From a virus (taxonomy: Duplodnaviria > Heunggongvirae > Uroviricota > Caudoviricetes), in the IMG/VR virus record IMGVR_UViG_3300035661_000015, positions 1 through 64,000 of that record: 64,000 bases of DNA. One strand, given 5' to 3'. Below are positions 28,410 through 38,079 of the stretch, one piece after another. Each line of letters opens with the position of its first letter. The stretch's first letter is position 1. The notes under the pieces are model-generated. The model did no database searches and had not been told where the DNA came from. It saw only the letters and a list, made by a program, of their open reading frames with translations. Position numbers and translations under genes: made by a program.

Positions 28410-28747
28410 AGGAGAGTTTTAATATTGCTTTACACTGATGAAAAATATGCCCCCTGGCTAGACCAGGGGATTTCTATCCCAGTAACGACCAATGAAGATG
28501 ATTGGGACCACCCAGTAATTATTGGTGAGTCACTAAAAGATTATACTGATCTTGCGGATAGTTTTGAGACACAGGTTAAGACTAGTGACCGTCTTTATAA
28601 TCAAATTAAAAAACTTCGCACTAAAATTAAATACCTGGATGAAGATCTTGAATATTATAGGGATAACTTTCATGATTCCGAAGAGTATGTATCAAAATTA
28701 AAATCAAATAATAATTTTAAAGATTTTATGATTTTTATTTTCCTACT

Positions 28748-29317
28748 TTGGAATCTTCTACAATGACACTGTTAGGCCGGGCCTTTATTTTTGCTGCCGA
28801 TGCCCACAGGGCTCAAATTCGTAAAGGGAGTAGACTGCCCTACTTTGTCCATCCCGTTAATATAATGAATCTTATGAATGACTTTGGTATAGACCCCACC
28901 CTCTTTCCAGAACTTCATATTGTTGCGTGCTTACATGATACAATTGAAGATACGGACGTAACTTATGAAAATATTAGAGATCAGTACGGTAAGGATATTG
29001 CCGATATTGTACATGAACTAACTTACTATGGAGAAAACAAAGATATCTACATGGATAGTTTTTATAATTGTAGTACCGAGGCACTTATTGTAAAACTCTT
29101 TGATAGAATTTCAAATATATTAGATTATTACAAAAGTGATGATCCATATTGGGTTAAATATTCACTAAAAGGTTTACCTGTTTTTCAAGCGTTTAACAAA
29201 AGAACTAAAGAGATTAGTAACTATGTCAAAGAAAAAAGTGGTCTCGAAATCGAAAGCTTCCCACAAATCTGGTCTAAATCCGGACTACCTGACATGCCGA
29301 CTACTTTCCAAGGTTGA
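28748..29317 (+). CDS. HD-domain (p)ppGpp hydrolase-like small alarmone hydrolase
   Basis: AHRAQIRKGSRLPYFVHP ... CLHDTIEDTDVT motif as in the SpoT/RelA hydrolase domain. Confidence 0.7.
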   Translation: MESSTMTLLGRAFIFAADAHRAQIRKGSRLPYFVHPVNIMNLMNDFGIDPTLFPELHIVACLHDTIEDTDVTYENIRDQYGKDIADIVHELTYYGENKDIYMDSFYNCSTEALIVKLFDRISNILDYYKSDDPYWVKYSLKGLPVFQAFNKRTKEISNYVKEKSGLEIESFPQIWSKSGLPDMPTTFQG

Positions 29318-29699
29318 TAAGTACATTTTGGCCGAACTCGATCCATTCGATGGACCAGGAGATTTTGATGAATTTTTGAATAAGGTCTGGAATATCGGCG
29401 TTGGGGTTTTCTACGAGGGTAAATTAAAATCATTCGTATTAGCGGAGAAATATGATGGTGAGGGCGAACTACGAGTAACTAAGTTTGACGCCGAAAACCC
29501 AGAATTTTTTGGGGCGTTACTTGCCTATATGAAGGGGCTTTTGAGGCCGGGCATCTTTACTAAAATTATAATTAAGACTCCGGACCATGAGCCAATCGAA
29601 TTGTATAATACGCTGGCCGAACTTAATTTTTCTTCAGCTATGGAACGTGACGGTATCTCTTCTGGAAAAGACGCTTATATCTTCACCTACTCTCTTTGA
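29223..29699 (+). CDS. Hypothetical protein (contains a forward motif copy in-frame)
   Basis: ORF track; overlaps the previous ORF end, so the start is uncertain. Confidence 0.35.
   Translation: MSKKKVVSKSKASHKSGLNPDYLTCRLLSKVDKYILAELDPFDGPGDFDEFLNKVWNIGVGVFYEGKLKSFVLAEKYDGEGELRVTKFDAENPEFFGALLAYMKGLLRPGIFTKIIIKTPDHEPIELYNTLAELNFSSAMERDGISSGKDAYIFTYSL
29439..29466 (+). repeat. Dispersed motif, forward copy (in CDS)
   Basis: TTAGCGGAGAAATATGATGGTGAGGGCG. Confidence 0.8.
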
Positions 29700-29968
29700 A
29701 TTAAGGGGCCATATATGTTTCTAGAGTTTTCCGACCTTCAGCGAATTGTTAAAGAGATGGAATCAAAGGGATTGGCCCCAACTACTAAGGTCTTGATTGA
29801 TGATGGTCATAGTTATGTTTCAACCACAAAAGTTCTGACTGGTAATCTGGTTAATTTTGGGGAGATTTATACCCCTGAATCGATTGAAGATAAGGATGTA
29901 ATTATTTTTACAAGTGCCGAAGTTGGCTCAGATGTTCGTAATAAAAACCTCTTTTTTGGAGAAGATGA

Positions 29969-30559
29969 TTGAGTGCTTTAAAAGGTTATACTACTTATCT
30001 TGTTGGCCCTATGGACCGAGTAGTGGATGGTGGACGGGACTGGCGTAAAGAAATTTCGTCCAGGCTCTGGGATTTGAAAATAAATGTTATTGATCCTTGT
30101 GATAAGCCAATTCAATTTGGCCCCGAAAACCCTGAAACTAGGACGGAACTTAAGAAACTTCTAGATATGGGAAAGTATGACGAATATGCCGCCCGAATAA
30201 AGGAAATTGCCCTAATTGACCTTGGCTTTTGTGATATGTCGGACTTTTTAATTGCTAAAGTTGATATCGATGTACATATGTGCGGCACCTATGAAGAGAT
30301 TTTTACGGCCAACCGGATGAAACGGCCCATTCTTGTTTGGTGTCCACAGGGTAAAAATAATATTCCGGCTTGGCTATGGGGACGCTTGTCCCACGAGATG
30401 TTTTTTAGTACAATGGACGAGTTGATTGATCATATCGCCACCTTTACTTTCTCCGCTAACACTCATCGTCGTTGGCGACGTTTTTCGGTTAGTGATATTT
30501 TCAAGGGAATGGGATATAAAAGAATTACTCATGAAATGAAAGTTAAATACAATACATGA
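29969..30559 (+). CDS. Nucleoside 2-deoxyribosyltransferase-like protein (YLVGPM motif)
   Basis: YL(A/V)GP motif. Confidence 0.45.
   Translation: MSALKGYTTYLVGPMDRVVDGGRDWRKEISSRLWDLKINVIDPCDKPIQFGPENPETRTELKKLLDMGKYDEYAARIKEIALIDLGFCDMSDFLIAKVDIDVHMCGTYEEIFTANRMKRPILVWCPQGKNNIPAWLWGRLSHEMFFSTMDELIDHIATFTFSANTHRRWRRFSVSDIFKGMGYKRITHEMKVKYNT
30437..30459 (-). repeat. Dispersed motif, reverse copy (in CDS)
   Basis: CGCCACCTTTACTTTCTCCGCTAA. Confidence 0.75.
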
Positions 30560-30676
30560 CACATTTTTTAATGTCCATCTGGGATCATTTGACTGTCGAT
30601 CACTCTTGGCGATTTTTTACCATCATTTTCGTACAATTACTTTTTTGTTTTCTTTTTTATAAATTGGGGTTTAAAA

Positions 30677-31030
30677 ATGGACAGGCAGAGTCTAGTAGAT
30701 CTAGCGGCGAATGAACTTGATAGTTATCACAAGCAGAATGCTCAAGATATGACAATTATTATGTTGGCAATTGAGGCAATTATTCAATATCTTATTAGTA
30801 ATTGTGCTAGTCGATTAACGCCAGGACAGGTTAAAGCCCCTAATGCCTTTCAGCGATTTGCCTTTCGTGTAGCGGCCAATCAAGCTGTTCGTAGTTATTC
30901 TAAATTTGAGAACTTTAGCCGTACTTCGGCTCTACACTATTCGGGCCTAGCTGTTGATGCAATTTTGAAAGCTGCACCTAAGGCTAGTGATGAACAGGTT
31001 CGATATTTTTTGAAAGGTAATAATGGATAA
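30677..31030 (+). CDS. Hypothetical protein
   Basis: ORF track. Confidence 0.4.
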   Translation: MDRQSLVDLAANELDSYHKQNAQDMTIIMLAIEAIIQYLISNCASRLTPGQVKAPNAFQRFAFRVAANQAVRSYSKFENFSRTSALHYSGLAVDAILKAAPKASDEQVRYFLKGNNG

Positions 31031-31119
31031 TAAGAAAATTATCGTATATTCAACACATTTAGAAACCGACCAGGTTTTTAACTTTGAAGATTTTTTAGAA
31101 GAGTATGCTGAATAATTAA

Positions 31120-31884
31120 ATGCGGTTGGATTTTATAAAATTCAACCGGCCCCTAAAATTGATTCTTGGAGATAAGATGACTGTAGATGAAAAAAGCGAG
31201 TCACTTTATCAGCGACTCGTTAGCGGAGAAATTAGTAGGGGCGAATTTTTTGATGGGTATAATAACCTATACAAAGAGATTGAGGGGGCCGATAAAAGGG
31301 GTCTTGACCGACGTTTAGACAATCGGACCCTTGGGGCCTTTGCCCTTATGATCTATGATAGTACTCGGCGTGAAAAAATCCTTATCGACTTGTGGCGTGA
31401 TATGACCCTAAAGATTGGGCTTTTCTCTAAGTTTGAAATTAAAAATCATGGCGTAGATAATTCGGGCAAGGTATTTATTAAGAACACAAAAGCGGCCCGA
31501 GGAAATGCCGACTATATTATCAATGTAGACGGCGATAGCATTCCGCCCGGCGAGTACCCTCTAGAGGTTAAGTTTTCACCCACATTAAAAAAGATGACCT
31601 TTAAGGTCGCCGACCTATCCAATTACATCAAATCTAATGTTCTCATGCTCACAATCCTTGGGGACACCAAAATGTTAGGCCCCAATGGAAACCCCCTACT
31701 TTCTCCGCTTACTGTTGACAATGTAGACGCAACCATGTTACAGTGGTGCTTAGCAACAGGGGCAGATATGAGTAAGATGTTAAATACTTTGGAACAAAAA
31801 CCCTATAGAGAAATGGGATTTAAGGAATGTGTTCAAATGAAGTCTGATCAATTTAGTCAATTTTTTAACCTTTACGGATTTTAA
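31120..31884 (+). CDS. Hypothetical protein hosting an in-frame forward/reverse motif pair (31220-31711)
   Basis: ORF track. Confidence 0.4.
   Translation: MRLDFIKFNRPLKLILGDKMTVDEKSESLYQRLVSGEISRGEFFDGYNNLYKEIEGADKRGLDRRLDNRTLGAFALMIYDSTRREKILIDLWRDMTLKIGLFSKFEIKNHGVDNSGKVFIKNTKAARGNADYIINVDGDSIPPGEYPLEVKFSPTLKKMTFKVADLSNYIKSNVLMLTILGDTKMLGPNGNPLLSPLTVDNVDATMLQWCLATGADMSKMLNTLEQKPYREMGFKECVQMKSDQFSQFFNLYGF
31220..31243 (+). repeat. Dispersed motif, forward copy (in CDS)
   Basis: TTAGCGGAGAAATTAGTAGGGGCG. Confidence 0.8.
31692..31711 (-). repeat. Dispersed motif, reverse copy (same CDS)
   Basis: CCCCCTACTTTCTCCGCTTA. Confidence 0.8.
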
Positions 31885-32113
31885 TTTAGTATGAGCAAGT
31901 CTTTCCGCAGTAATTACGATGGTCTCAGTGATGATGATGGTAATCACAATCGCCGCAACCGACACTTTATCAAACAGATCTTAAATAATGTCGAAGAGGA
32001 TGATTTTGAAACACTGTATCAGGATTCTAAATTAAAGCATAATAAGGATGATAAGGTGATTAAACAAGTACGTAAAGATAACGGCAAACGATCTTTTATC
32101 GAGGACGAACCAA

Positions 32114-33169
32114 ATGTTTAATTTCATAGCACCTTTTACAGATCAGACAAGTTATGGTATAGTAGCAAATAATATTTTGTCTGAATTAAATTCTATTGAA
32201 AGTTGCCCTTCAATTTTCCCGATTGGTCAAGCCTCTTATGATCCGGAACAACCTGATCAACTATCGGCTTTACAAAATGGTTTTTCTAGGGCGGCTTTTT
32301 ATAATAGATATGAGTCGAGCGTAAGACTTTTTCATGAATTTTCTCAGGCCGAACATGTTGGTTCTAAACATATCGCCTTTCCTATTTTTGAGTTAGACAC
32401 ACTAAAGCCCCAAGCTATTCATCATTTAAAAAATGTCGATCAAATTATAGTTTGTTCGGAATGGGCTAGAGAAGTGATGATGATGAATGTCGGGTGTGAC
32501 TGTGAGGTTGTACCCCTTGGCGTGAATACCGAGATCTTTAAGCCCGCCCCACTTAGTAATAATCCTCGTTCTACAATATTCATGAATGTGGGCAAATGGG
32601 AAAAACGTAAGGGTCACGATATTTTACATACGGCATTTCGCAAGGCTTTTAGTAAAAATGACGATGTTGTTTTGTGGATGATGCCCGATAACCCATTTAT
32701 AGATCAAAGAGAGTGGGATGATCTTTATCAAAAAAGTATTGGTAATCAACTTAGTGTTTTTGGTAGAATTTCAACAAATCAATTAGTTAGTATTATGCAA
32801 AGAGCCGATTGCTTTGTTTTTCCGACTCGTGCCGAAGGTTGGGGGCTCCCAATCCTTGAGGCTATGTCTCTTGGTAAAGAAGTTATTGTTACGTATTATT
32901 CGGGTCAAACCCAGTTTATTAATAATAAAAACGCTAGACTTATTGAAATCGATAATCTGGAATTGGCTAATGATGGTAAATGGTTTCACGGTGAAGGTAG
33001 TTGGGCCGAGTTTGGTAAAAGACAAGAAGAACAATTAATTGAGCATATGAGGGCGGTTCATCGTAAAAAACAGATGGGTGAAAATTTATTTAATGAAATA
33101 GGGCGAGAAACAGCCCTAAGATTTACTTGGCGTAATACAACTAAAGCACTTTTGGAAGCGATTAAATAA
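32114..33169 (+). CDS. Glycosyltransferase family 1 (GT-B)
   Basis: FVFPTRAEGWGLPILEAMSLGKEVI signature. Confidence 0.7.
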   Translation: MFNFIAPFTDQTSYGIVANNILSELNSIESCPSIFPIGQASYDPEQPDQLSALQNGFSRAAFYNRYESSVRLFHEFSQAEHVGSKHIAFPIFELDTLKPQAIHHLKNVDQIIVCSEWAREVMMMNVGCDCEVVPLGVNTEIFKPAPLSNNPRSTIFMNVGKWEKRKGHDILHTAFRKAFSKNDDVVLWMMPDNPFIDQREWDDLYQKSIGNQLSVFGRISTNQLVSIMQRADCFVFPTRAEGWGLPILEAMSLGKEVIVTYYSGQTQFINNKNARLIEIDNLELANDGKWFHGEGSWAEFGKRQEEQLIEHMRAVHRKKQMGENLFNEIGRETALRFTWRNTTKALLEAIK

Positions 33170-33175
33170 AAACGA

Positions 33176-33290
33176 AAGTCCGTGGCAAATTGGCAAAGCA
33201 CCTGGCTTAGACAATAGTGGCTTATCACTGTCGACTCTGGGGTCTACCAATAATCTAGGTAGTGTTTGTGGGTTCGACTCCCGCCGGACT
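33176..33290 (+). ncRNA. Long tRNA-like element F (acceptor AAGTCCG/CGGACT, T-arm GTGGG-TTCGACT-CCCGC; about 115 nt)
   Basis: Acceptor and T-arm pairing; body too long for a standard tRNA. Confidence 0.4.
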
Positions 33291-33296
33291 GTTAAA

Positions 33297-33373
33297 CTAG
33301 ATGTATACCAACAGCCTTCTAAGCTGTATCAGGTTAAAGGATGAAAATGCAGGTTCGAGTCCTGTCATCTAGG
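33297..33373 (+). tRNA. Atypical tRNA-Arg(TCT)-like: 7-bp acceptor, anticodon arm ACAGC-CTTCTAA-GCTGT, T-arm, but apparently no D-arm and a 21-nt variable region
   Basis: Perfect acceptor CTAGATG/CATCTAG; anticodon loop with T33 and TCT. Confidence 0.5.
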
Positions 33374-33394
33374 CTTATTTTTTTTAGATAGGGG

Positions 33395-33943
33395 GTGAAA
33401 ATGATATTACATGAAACATCGTTGGTTTTTAGAAAATTTAAAATTGCACAAGGATTCATGGTGTCTACCATTGATGAATATATTAAGCGAGGAAAAAGGG
33501 TGGCGGCGAGGGCGGGACTTTATAATGACGTGGACGCTGCCGACTTTGCTTCTTCTGCACTTTCTATAGCTGACTGGCGATACGATCCCATAAAGTGTGA
33601 TAATGTAGTAAAATATAGGAATATGTTAGACCGATTTGTACTTGGGAAGTTGCGGCGGCTTATTTGTAAGAGTAAGAAAATTGATACGATTAATTTCAGC
33701 ATGAATTTAGAAGTTCAAGATAGGGCCGATGATTTGGGGCAATTTGATAATAAGGATATGATCCAGGCCCTTATTTTTAATTCCGGACTAAGTGTTGAGG
33801 AACAGAATTGTGTGAAGGCCCTATACCTCAACAATATGAATTATAAAGAGGCTGCTAAAGAACTCAAGTATCATGTTAAAAAGGTGGGGCGTATTGCACA
33901 GGGGGCTTTTACTAAAATTAGGGAAAAGTATGCAAACCTTTAG
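33395..33943 (+). CDS. Sigma-70-family sigma-factor-like protein (region 4 HTH)
   Basis: C-terminal LSVEEQNCVKALYLNNMNYKEAAKELKYHVKKVGRIAQGAFTKIRE resembles sigma region 4. Confidence 0.55.
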   Translation: MKMILHETSLVFRKFKIAQGFMVSTIDEYIKRGKRVAARAGLYNDVDAADFASSALSIADWRYDPIKCDNVVKYRNMLDRFVLGKLRRLICKSKKIDTINFSMNLEVQDRADDLGQFDNKDMIQALIFNSGLSVEEQNCVKALYLNNMNYKEAAKELKYHVKKVGRIAQGAFTKIREKYANL

Positions 33944-34282
33944 AGTAGTATTAGAATTTATTATCTATGACATCGAAACCGATTCTATTTTATGCGAGCG
34001 TGGTTCCGAAGATATCTTACCAACGATTTATCTTGCTGGACATGAAACTATAGATAATCAGGCCCATTTTTATATAAAAGAGACTTTTGATATTGGTAAA
34101 TCCTGGTTAATTATGAAGAGGTTAGGTATAGATGACCGTTCTATAAATATTGATTCGTTGTCAATTCCATACCTATGTATTATGAGCGGAAAATGTATTC
34201 GTAGTTATTGTGATTGGGTTAAGGTTGATAATATACAAGATTCCGTTAAACAAAAACTACTTTTATCTTTAGGGGAAGTAAA

Positions 34283-34603
34283 TTGGACGAGAAGTTTTAC
34301 ATAAGCTTGTATCAGGGTGAAATGCCGGGCCTTCTTTATTGCAATATTGGTTGGCCGAAGGGACCATTTAATCCAGAGGATTTTAATACGTTTACAGAGA
34401 TTCTAAAGTCTCAGACTAATCGTCAAATTATCGACCTAATGATTGCGTCGATTAAGAGTTATGGGGCCGATAATGACGATATGGAAAATGCTAACAACTT
34501 TATAAGTATGCTCACCCTTTTAAAAAATCCAATCTGGAATAATCCTGAACCTTATATTAGTCCACTTAATTTCACTGTTCATAACGTAGGCGTAACACGA
34601 TGA
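34283..34603 (+). CDS. Hypothetical protein
   Basis: ORF track. Confidence 0.4.
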   Translation: MDEKFYISLYQGEMPGLLYCNIGWPKGPFNPEDFNTFTEILKSQTNRQIIDLMIASIKSYGADNDDMENANNFISMLTLLKNPIWNNPEPYISPLNFTVHNVGVTR

Positions 34604-35463
34604 TTTATAATTATGAAACTCTTAAGTATGATACGCTCCTAGAAGAAATTCTTTGCTACGGAGATGTCAGAGTAAATAAGCGAACCGGGATTAAAACTAT
34701 TAGTATTTTTGGTGATATGCGTCACTATGACGTTTCTAAATCGGTTCCCCTTTTAACGGGACGAAGACTATATTGGAAGTCAATTGTAAAAGAATTATTG
34801 TGGTTTCTATCCGGAAGTACAAATGTGGGCGATCTTGAAGAAATGGGTGTTAATTATTGGTCACCTTGGCGTGATGAAGATTTTGAAAAAGAACATGGTT
34901 TTATTTCGGGAGCATTGGGGCCAACCTATGGTCATCAATTAAGGGCCTTTGGTCATCCATATGGTAATGGTTATTTTAGTGGACCAGGACTTAATGATCA
35001 ACTTTTGACCTTAATAGACAATATTAAAAAAGATCCAACTGATAGGGGTCATATTATAAATCTATGGAATCCCGCCCAAATCCCCCTTATGAAGCTACGT
35101 CCATGTTTATATGGATACCAGTTTGGGGTTGACTCACAGGGGAATATGGATTTAATGATCAATCAGCGTAGTGCCGATGTTCCGGTTGGAGTTCCGGCTA
35201 ATTTATTTTTCTCAACATGCTTTCTTTATATGGTAGCTCAGCAAACTGGATATAAGCCGAGAAATTTAATCCATAGCATTGCGGACGCCCATATTTATGA
35301 CAATCAAATAGATGCCGTTAAAGAATATTTAGGAAGAACCTCGCCCCCAGACCCTAATCTTACTATTAATAAGGCCGCAGATATCTTGTCTTATAAGATT
35401 GAAGATTTTGAATTGGAAAATTATAACCCCCTGCCGCCAATTAAGTTTGAGGTTGCTATATGA
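34600..35463 (+). CDS. thyA: Thymidylate-synthase-family enzyme (ThyA-like; atypical PCL and SAD at positions normally PCH and SCD)
   Basis: Alignable by eye to ThyA over its length (WNP...PC...QRS...). Confidence 0.75.
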   Translation: MIYNYETLKYDTLLEEILCYGDVRVNKRTGIKTISIFGDMRHYDVSKSVPLLTGRRLYWKSIVKELLWFLSGSTNVGDLEEMGVNYWSPWRDEDFEKEHGFISGALGPTYGHQLRAFGHPYGNGYFSGPGLNDQLLTLIDNIKKDPTDRGHIINLWNPAQIPLMKLRPCLYGYQFGVDSQGNMDLMINQRSADVPVGVPANLFFSTCFLYMVAQQTGYKPRNLIHSIADAHIYDNQIDAVKEYLGRTSPPDPNLTINKAADILSYKIEDFELENYNPLPPIKFEVAI

Positions 35464-36023
35464 TTTCGATCGTTGTAGCCTATGATAAAAATAGGGGTAT
35501 AGCACAATCTTACCAACCCCAACTTTTACCTTGGCAAGACTTTACGGGCAAAAATAAATATGATGAGGATATGTCACTTTTTAAAAAGTTGACTATGGAC
35601 TCTGTAGTTATTATGGGCCGAAAAACTTTTGATAGTTTACCCCGAAGATCAGAAATTGTTTATTCTGGCAGATATAGTAGTACCATTATTACGAACGCCC
35701 TTAAACATCGTCTTAATGTAGTAATTACAAAACGCCCCAAGATTTTTCACGAAGATCCTAATGTGGCCTACTATAAGGATATACAGTATGCTATCGATGA
35801 TTATAAAAAACTTTGTCCCGACCTGCCCATATTTATAATTGGTGGGGCCGAAATCTACAAACTCGCCCTCGCCCTTGATCTTGTGGACCAAGTAATAGCC
35901 TCAGAGATTCAAGAGAGTTTTATGAGTGCCGACATACATTTTCCGCCTATATCTGGTTTTGAAGAAGTTGCCCAAGAAGAGTACACTGGTTTTAATCGCG
36001 TAACTTATAAGAGGGTTCGATGA
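35460..36023 (+). CDS. folA: Dihydrofolate reductase
   Basis: ISIVVAYDKNRGIA...LPW and VIMGRKTFDSLP motifs. Confidence 0.8.
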   Translation: MISIVVAYDKNRGIAQSYQPQLLPWQDFTGKNKYDEDMSLFKKLTMDSVVIMGRKTFDSLPRRSEIVYSGRYSSTIITNALKHRLNVVITKRPKIFHEDPNVAYYKDIQYAIDDYKKLCPDLPIFIIGGAEIYKLALALDLVDQVIASEIQESFMSADIHFPPISGFEEVAQEEYTGFNRVTYKRVR

Positions 36024-36595
36024 ATTATAAAGTTGAGTGGGTTGCTGTAAATGAAAATGAGCTTAATAAAAGTGACTTTTCGGACAGTGATACTATTACT
36101 ATGAATATGGGCGAAAAGAGTTTGGCTCATGAAATTGGTATACTTCGTCTTGGGGATTTTAGGTGGTTTATAATAAATTCCAATTTTAATTTAAGTTCCG
36201 AGGCTCTTTTACGAGCACAAACGGTAGAGGGTATTGAAACTGTCCGAATAATTTCCCGTTATCGGTTGAAAATTTCTATTGGTATGATGTTTGATATTGA
36301 GACTGTCCAATCTAACTTTACTAAACGGTTAATTGAACTAACTAGAGCTATGTCGACACAACATGTTATTGCTAAAGGGCATACGAAAGGACAAGGGGTC
36401 CAAGTTGCTGAACTATGTCATAAACTCGCCGAAGTCTTTCCTAATTTTTCTATGTATATCAACCCCAAACAAGAGTTATTTGGTATTTTTGGCGATAAGG
36501 ACAGTGATATCTATAAAAACTCTATTTCTACTATCAAACAATATGAATCTCTTTTTGGTGGCTCTGTTTTTGATGAAAGTATAACTAAAAATTAG
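36020..36595 (+). CDS. Hypothetical protein
   Basis: ORF track. Confidence 0.4.
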   Translation: MNYKVEWVAVNENELNKSDFSDSDTITMNMGEKSLAHEIGILRLGDFRWFIINSNFNLSSEALLRAQTVEGIETVRIISRYRLKISIGMMFDIETVQSNFTKRLIELTRAMSTQHVIAKGHTKGQGVQVAELCHKLAEVFPNFSMYINPKQELFGIFGDKDSDIYKNSISTIKQYESLFGGSVFDESITKN

Positions 36596-36651
36596 TGTAT
36601 ATATAGTATGGGAATAGGATTACAAATTTTAGGAAAATGGAAAAACGAAAG

Positions 36652-36673
36652 TAAGCGGAGAAATATATAATGG
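36652..36673 (+). repeat. Dispersed motif, forward copy supplying SD+ATG of the ORF at 36670
   Basis: TAAGCGGAGAAATATATAATGGG. Confidence 0.8.
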
Positions 36674-37248
36674 GTACAAACTACTCGTTTAGAAATCTTA
36701 GTAGCGGTGCAAAACCGGCCCTACCTGAAAAAGATGACGGTGCGACCGTTCTTTATGGTGGTAATATTAGTGGTCGAAGCGTAACAAACGCTCCTAGCAC
36801 AAGTATTGTTGCAACTCCCCGCAAAGTTAATCACATTCCCTCACCTTCAAAACAGTCTGGTACTGAGAGAACTTGGGTGACATCTGGTGTTGGGGGCGAT
36901 TTTGCAAAGATGACCCCGAACCGATATTTAATTTATCGTCACTCTCAAAATCAATATCTAGCTGGTAACACTACGACTCAGTTGCAGACACCTCACCGTG
37001 GTCTTGAAAGAATTAGTATCAATGGTCAGACGTACACTAGAACAAGCCTACAGAGGGCTGCTGGCTGGAACTATGTAACCGGCAAGTTCTTGATTACACC
37101 TTCCTCTGTTAAAAATACTTATACTAAGGCCAATAGTGCTCTACCTTTAGATCAAGCATTAAATGGAACACGTGCTATTCCTGGCACATTACGATTTGGA
37201 ATAGGTAATAAAGTTGGTATCAAGGCCAACTATGGTGCGGATACTTAA
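36670..37248 (+). CDS. Hypothetical (possibly structural) protein; start supplied by the forward motif
   Basis: ORF track. Confidence 0.45.
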   Translation: MGTNYSFRNLSSGAKPALPEKDDGATVLYGGNISGRSVTNAPSTSIVATPRKVNHIPSPSKQSGTERTWVTSGVGGDFAKMTPNRYLIYRHSQNQYLAGNTTTQLQTPHRGLERISINGQTYTRTSLQRAAGWNYVTGKFLITPSSVKNTYTKANSALPLDQALNGTRAIPGTLRFGIGNKVGIKANYGADT

Positions 37249-37371
37249 TTTTTACCAGGGAGGATTTTTTATGCTTGATCTTTTACAAAAAATTCAAAAA
37301 TTAAAAGAGCTTGATAAAAAACTCAATCATTTTGAAAACATTCGTGATAGAACTTCGGAGAAGGGGGCGTT

Positions 37372-37617
37372 ATGGGCGACCCAGAAAACGATGATAGATT
37401 ATCCGAAGTTGAGCGTAAAACATGGGTGGAATATCGCCTCTTAATTATGTCAACTTTGGACTCCCTTGAAGAAAATGCAAAAGTTCTTAAGGCCGAGATA
37501 GATGAGATAAAACTAAAATTAGAAAACTTTAAAATATGGAAAAGTTTAGCTAATATTATTTGGGTATTCGTATCTGCCGTGGCCCTATTGTGGTTACAGC
37601 ACTTTTTAGGAAAATAA
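37372..37617 (+). CDS. Small membrane protein (holin-like candidate)
   Basis: C-terminal transmembrane segment. Confidence 0.35.
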   Translation: MGDPENDDRLSEVERKTWVEYRLLIMSTLDSLEENAKVLKAEIDEIKLKLENFKIWKSLANIIWVFVSAVALLWLQHFLGK

Positions 37618-37979
37618 CTATGAAATTTTTAATTTGGCTATGGGCACAAGTGCCCGATTCGATTAAATATAACGTCAATGGCGTCGAATTATTAAAGACG
37701 ACTATCCTTGCCGTTATCGCCGCAATCACAGCCGGTACTGGTGTCGCCGGTTTAGACTTTTTTCAACTTCACTTACAAGATTTTATTACCCCTAACGGTA
37801 TGGCTGTTATTGGTGGTTTAATCATGTGGGGCGTTGACTTCGTAAGAAGATTCTTCAATGGAGAGCCAAAACCACTTCCTGTTCCGGCCCCAACGCCGGT
37901 TCCGGTCCCGGTTCCTAAGCCCGTTCCAGTAGTTCCAGTTCCCGGCCCCAATCCAGGTGGCCCCACAATCATTCCCTGA
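37560..37979 (+). CDS. Membrane protein with Pro/Val-rich C-terminal linker (probable start at 37620, MKFLIW)
   Basis: Transmembrane segments plus PVPAPTPVPVP. Confidence 0.4.
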   Translation: MGIRICRGPIVVTALFRKITMKFLIWLWAQVPDSIKYNVNGVELLKTTILAVIAAITAGTGVAGLDFFQLHLQDFITPNGMAVIGGLIMWGVDFVRRFFNGEPKPLPVPAPTPVPVPVPKPVPVVPVPGPNPGGPTIIP

Positions 37980-38004
37980 TTTTAATTAAAATTATGGACC
38001 ACTT

Positions 38005-38056
38005 TAAGCGGAAGAAGTAAAAGGGGCAGCCCCCTAACTTTCTCCGCTTATTTTTT
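38005..38056. terminator. Terminator hairpin built from an adjacent forward-variant/reverse motif pair plus T-run
   Basis: TAAGCGGAAGAAGTAAAAGGGGC / GCCCCCTAACTTTCTCCGCTTA followed by TTTTTT. Confidence 0.65.
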
Positions 38057-38079
38057 CGACTTCACAAAAGGACAAAAGT

